30,051 nt of DNA from Candidatus Heimdallarchaeota archaeon (GTDB lineage: Archaea; Asgardarchaeota; Heimdallarchaeia; Heimdallarchaeales; Heimdallarchaeaceae): NCBI GenBank assembly GCA_030668875.1, contig DAOVER010000036.1, positions 1-30,051 of the forward strand, in the 5' to 3' direction. The translations under genes and the position numbers were made by a program. A model generated the notes under the pieces. That model was not told the DNA's origin. It saw nothing but the letters and a program-made list of their open reading frames with translations, and made no database searches. How positions within the stretch are numbered: the stretch's first letter is position 1; each line of letters starts with the position of its first letter. Shown here in pieces: positions 28,350 through 30,051 of this stretch.

Positions 28350-28893
28350 AATGAAAATGAAAAAAACAACTATAATATCTCTAATATTTCTTCTTGGAAT
28401 ACTATCTTTTTTTAGTATTCAAGCTACTAACGCTTCAGCAAACTATGGTATAACAAGTGTTCAACACTCTCCAGATCCGCTGATGATGGAACAAAATATG
28501 ACTGTCACTGTAGTTTTTTATGATGCAGATAATCTACACTCCCTAAGGCTCTTTGTATGTGAATTAGCTCCTCAATTTATATGTGACCCTAATGCCATCT
28601 TGATGGAAAGAGTAGGTGACACATTCAGTGCAAGTTATGTTCTCACACAAGAAGAAAATGCGACAATAGGCTATCACATACAAATAAATTATGTGAATGA
28701 ATCGTCGATAATAATACCAGATAGTCAAGATTTTCTTAGCATGAGCAACATAGTTGAACCTCTAACTGGTGATTATTACTTCAGTGCTGGAGAAATAGAA
28801 GAAGTGGATACTTCTAATGGTTTTACAATTGGGTTGATAAGTTCAATAATTCTTGTAGCGGCAATAGTAATAAAGAGAAAAAGGAATAACTAG
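28342..28893 (+). CDS. Exported surface protein with a Cys pair and a CTERM-like anchor
   Basis: Signal peptide (likely start ATG 28351 or 28357), LFVCELAPQFICDP, C-terminus NGFTIGLISSIILVAAIVIKRKRNN. Overlaps the end of the upstream gene. Confidence 0.72.
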   Translation: MFKMKMKKTTIISLIFLLGILSFFSIQATNASANYGITSVQHSPDPLMMEQNMTVTVVFYDADNLHSLRLFVCELAPQFICDPNAILMERVGDTFSASYVLTQEENATIGYHIQINYVNESSIIIPDSQDFLSMSNIVEPLTGDYYFSAGEIEEVDTSNGFTIGLISSIILVAAIVIKRKRNN

Positions 28894-29049
28894 CAGCTAA
28901 AATTAACCAATTGGTTTTGGGCACCTATTTAAATGTCGATGAGACTTTCGTTTAAATTAGTCTCCTATTAGTGGTCATTTATGCCCATCAAGTATAAATG
29001 TAGTGACCACTTATATTACAATTGGAACTTCATTTAAGGTGGATAAATT

Positions 29050-29928
29050 ATGGAAGAAAAGGGCGAAATCACAGTTTATGGCTCCTCAATGGCTAAAAAG
29101 ATTGCAGGAATGTTTAATGCATTCAATGAGATTTGGCCTGGGGGTTTTACAGGTGGAATACCTTATGATGAAAATCGTGTTCATGACATGCTGGATAAGA
29201 CATCAGCAATCGTAGATTTAATCGCTGTAGATCCAGAAGAAAATCCAATAGGATATTGTGGTCTTTACCCTCATTGGAGAGATAAGAATGCTGCTCATAT
29301 AAGTATACTAGGGGTGCATCCAAAAGTTATTGGTCAGAAATTTGGAAAGCGTTTGCTTCTGAAAGCTTTAGAAGTTGCAAAAGAGAAAGGAATATTCAGA
29401 GTTGATCTTCACACGTGGTCAGGAAATATGGAAGCAATGCCACTCTATAAGAAAATAGGACTATTCTGGGTTCCTGAAACAAGTGTGTATATGCAAGATT
29501 ACATTCCAGGAATATTACAAAATCCATTAGCAAAAGAATGGTTTGAGAAACATCCTGATTGGTATAGCTGTTTTCAGAGAAAATTAAAACAAGCTCCTGA
29601 TAAAGAGATAAACGATGGAATGGAAGTATTTACTTACGATTTTGAAGTTGGGGAAGATAAGTTATCTATGGAAGTTGATAGATACGGATGGGGATTTTCT
29701 GGTATAGAAAGGATACTAGATGGAAACAAAATCTCTATCAAATCTAGGTTGGAATCTCACCATATTGTTATGGGAATTGAGAACTCACTGAGTTTTACAA
29801 TAGAAAATATATCTGAAAGCGATGTGGAGCTTAAACTTGCTGTTGTTCCATTTAAAGGATTAAAATGGTTAGAAGATTTCCCATCTTCTATTATTATTGA
29901 AAAAGGTGAAACCGTTAGCAACAGATGA
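29050..29928 (+). CDS. GNAT family N-acetyltransferase, probably truncated
   Basis: ISILGVHPKVIGQKFGKRLL (acetyl-CoA motif A), VDLHTWSGNMEAMPLYKKIGLFW. The extension ends abruptly at KGETVSNR*. Confidence 0.8.
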   Translation: MEEKGEITVYGSSMAKKIAGMFNAFNEIWPGGFTGGIPYDENRVHDMLDKTSAIVDLIAVDPEENPIGYCGLYPHWRDKNAAHISILGVHPKVIGQKFGKRLLLKALEVAKEKGIFRVDLHTWSGNMEAMPLYKKIGLFWVPETSVYMQDYIPGILQNPLAKEWFEKHPDWYSCFQRKLKQAPDKEINDGMEVFTYDFEVGEDKLSMEVDRYGWGFSGIERILDGNKISIKSRLESHHIVMGIENSLSFTIENISESDVELKLAVVPFKGLKWLEDFPSSIIIEKGETVSNR

Positions 29929-30051
29929 TTAAAATCTTATTCAATCTTGCCAGAAGTCTCTGAGTTGTCCCCCATTGCATGTTGAGGTGGTGATGGTTAA
30001 TACCTCTCCAATTTTCTTCCATTTTTCTACGAGTTTATATAGGAAAGTGCT

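Noticed and set aside
28935-29011. gatgag...cgaaa-like words suggesting a hammerhead ribozyme
   Set aside because: No CTGANGA core in the correct order with GAAA on either strand.
29003-29215. 70-aa ORF overlapping the GNAT start
   Set aside because: An alternative frame over a well-supported gene, with no motif support.

Overview
AT-rich (roughly 30% GC by eye), gene-dense prokaryotic DNA, most likely from an Asgard archaeon of Heimdallarchaeia type. This taxonomic call is an inference from a TPR-longin-like fusion, a membrane-anchored zinc-ribbon/RING protein, proteins with CTERM-like C-terminal anchors, and TATA-like boxes about 22-25 nt before start codons. The window holds about 30 genes. 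These are trmO (5'-partial), an NDP-sugar synthase, three TlpA-like thioredoxin proteins (one fused to CcdA), a VKOR protein, threonine synthase, an LLM oxidoreductase, a cupin, two methyltransferases, a glycosyltransferase, a CpXC-TPR protein, a phosphohexomutase homolog with all catalytic motifs degenerate, a four-gene glycogen cluster (GH57 branching enzyme, GlgA, a second GH57, a GalT-like HIT enzyme), a stand-alone FakA-type DAK2 domain, a THEP1-type NTPase and a probably truncated GNAT protein. I saw no rRNA, tRNA, CRISPR array or intact transposase. The most interesting items are the zinc-ribbon+RING module resembling the C-termini of eukaryotic GATOR2 subunits, the pseudo-phosphomutase, the orphan FakA-type domain, a dispersed extracytoplasmic thiol-redox set, and interleaved inverted repeats at 25426-25534. 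All calls come from motif recognition by eye; no searches were run.
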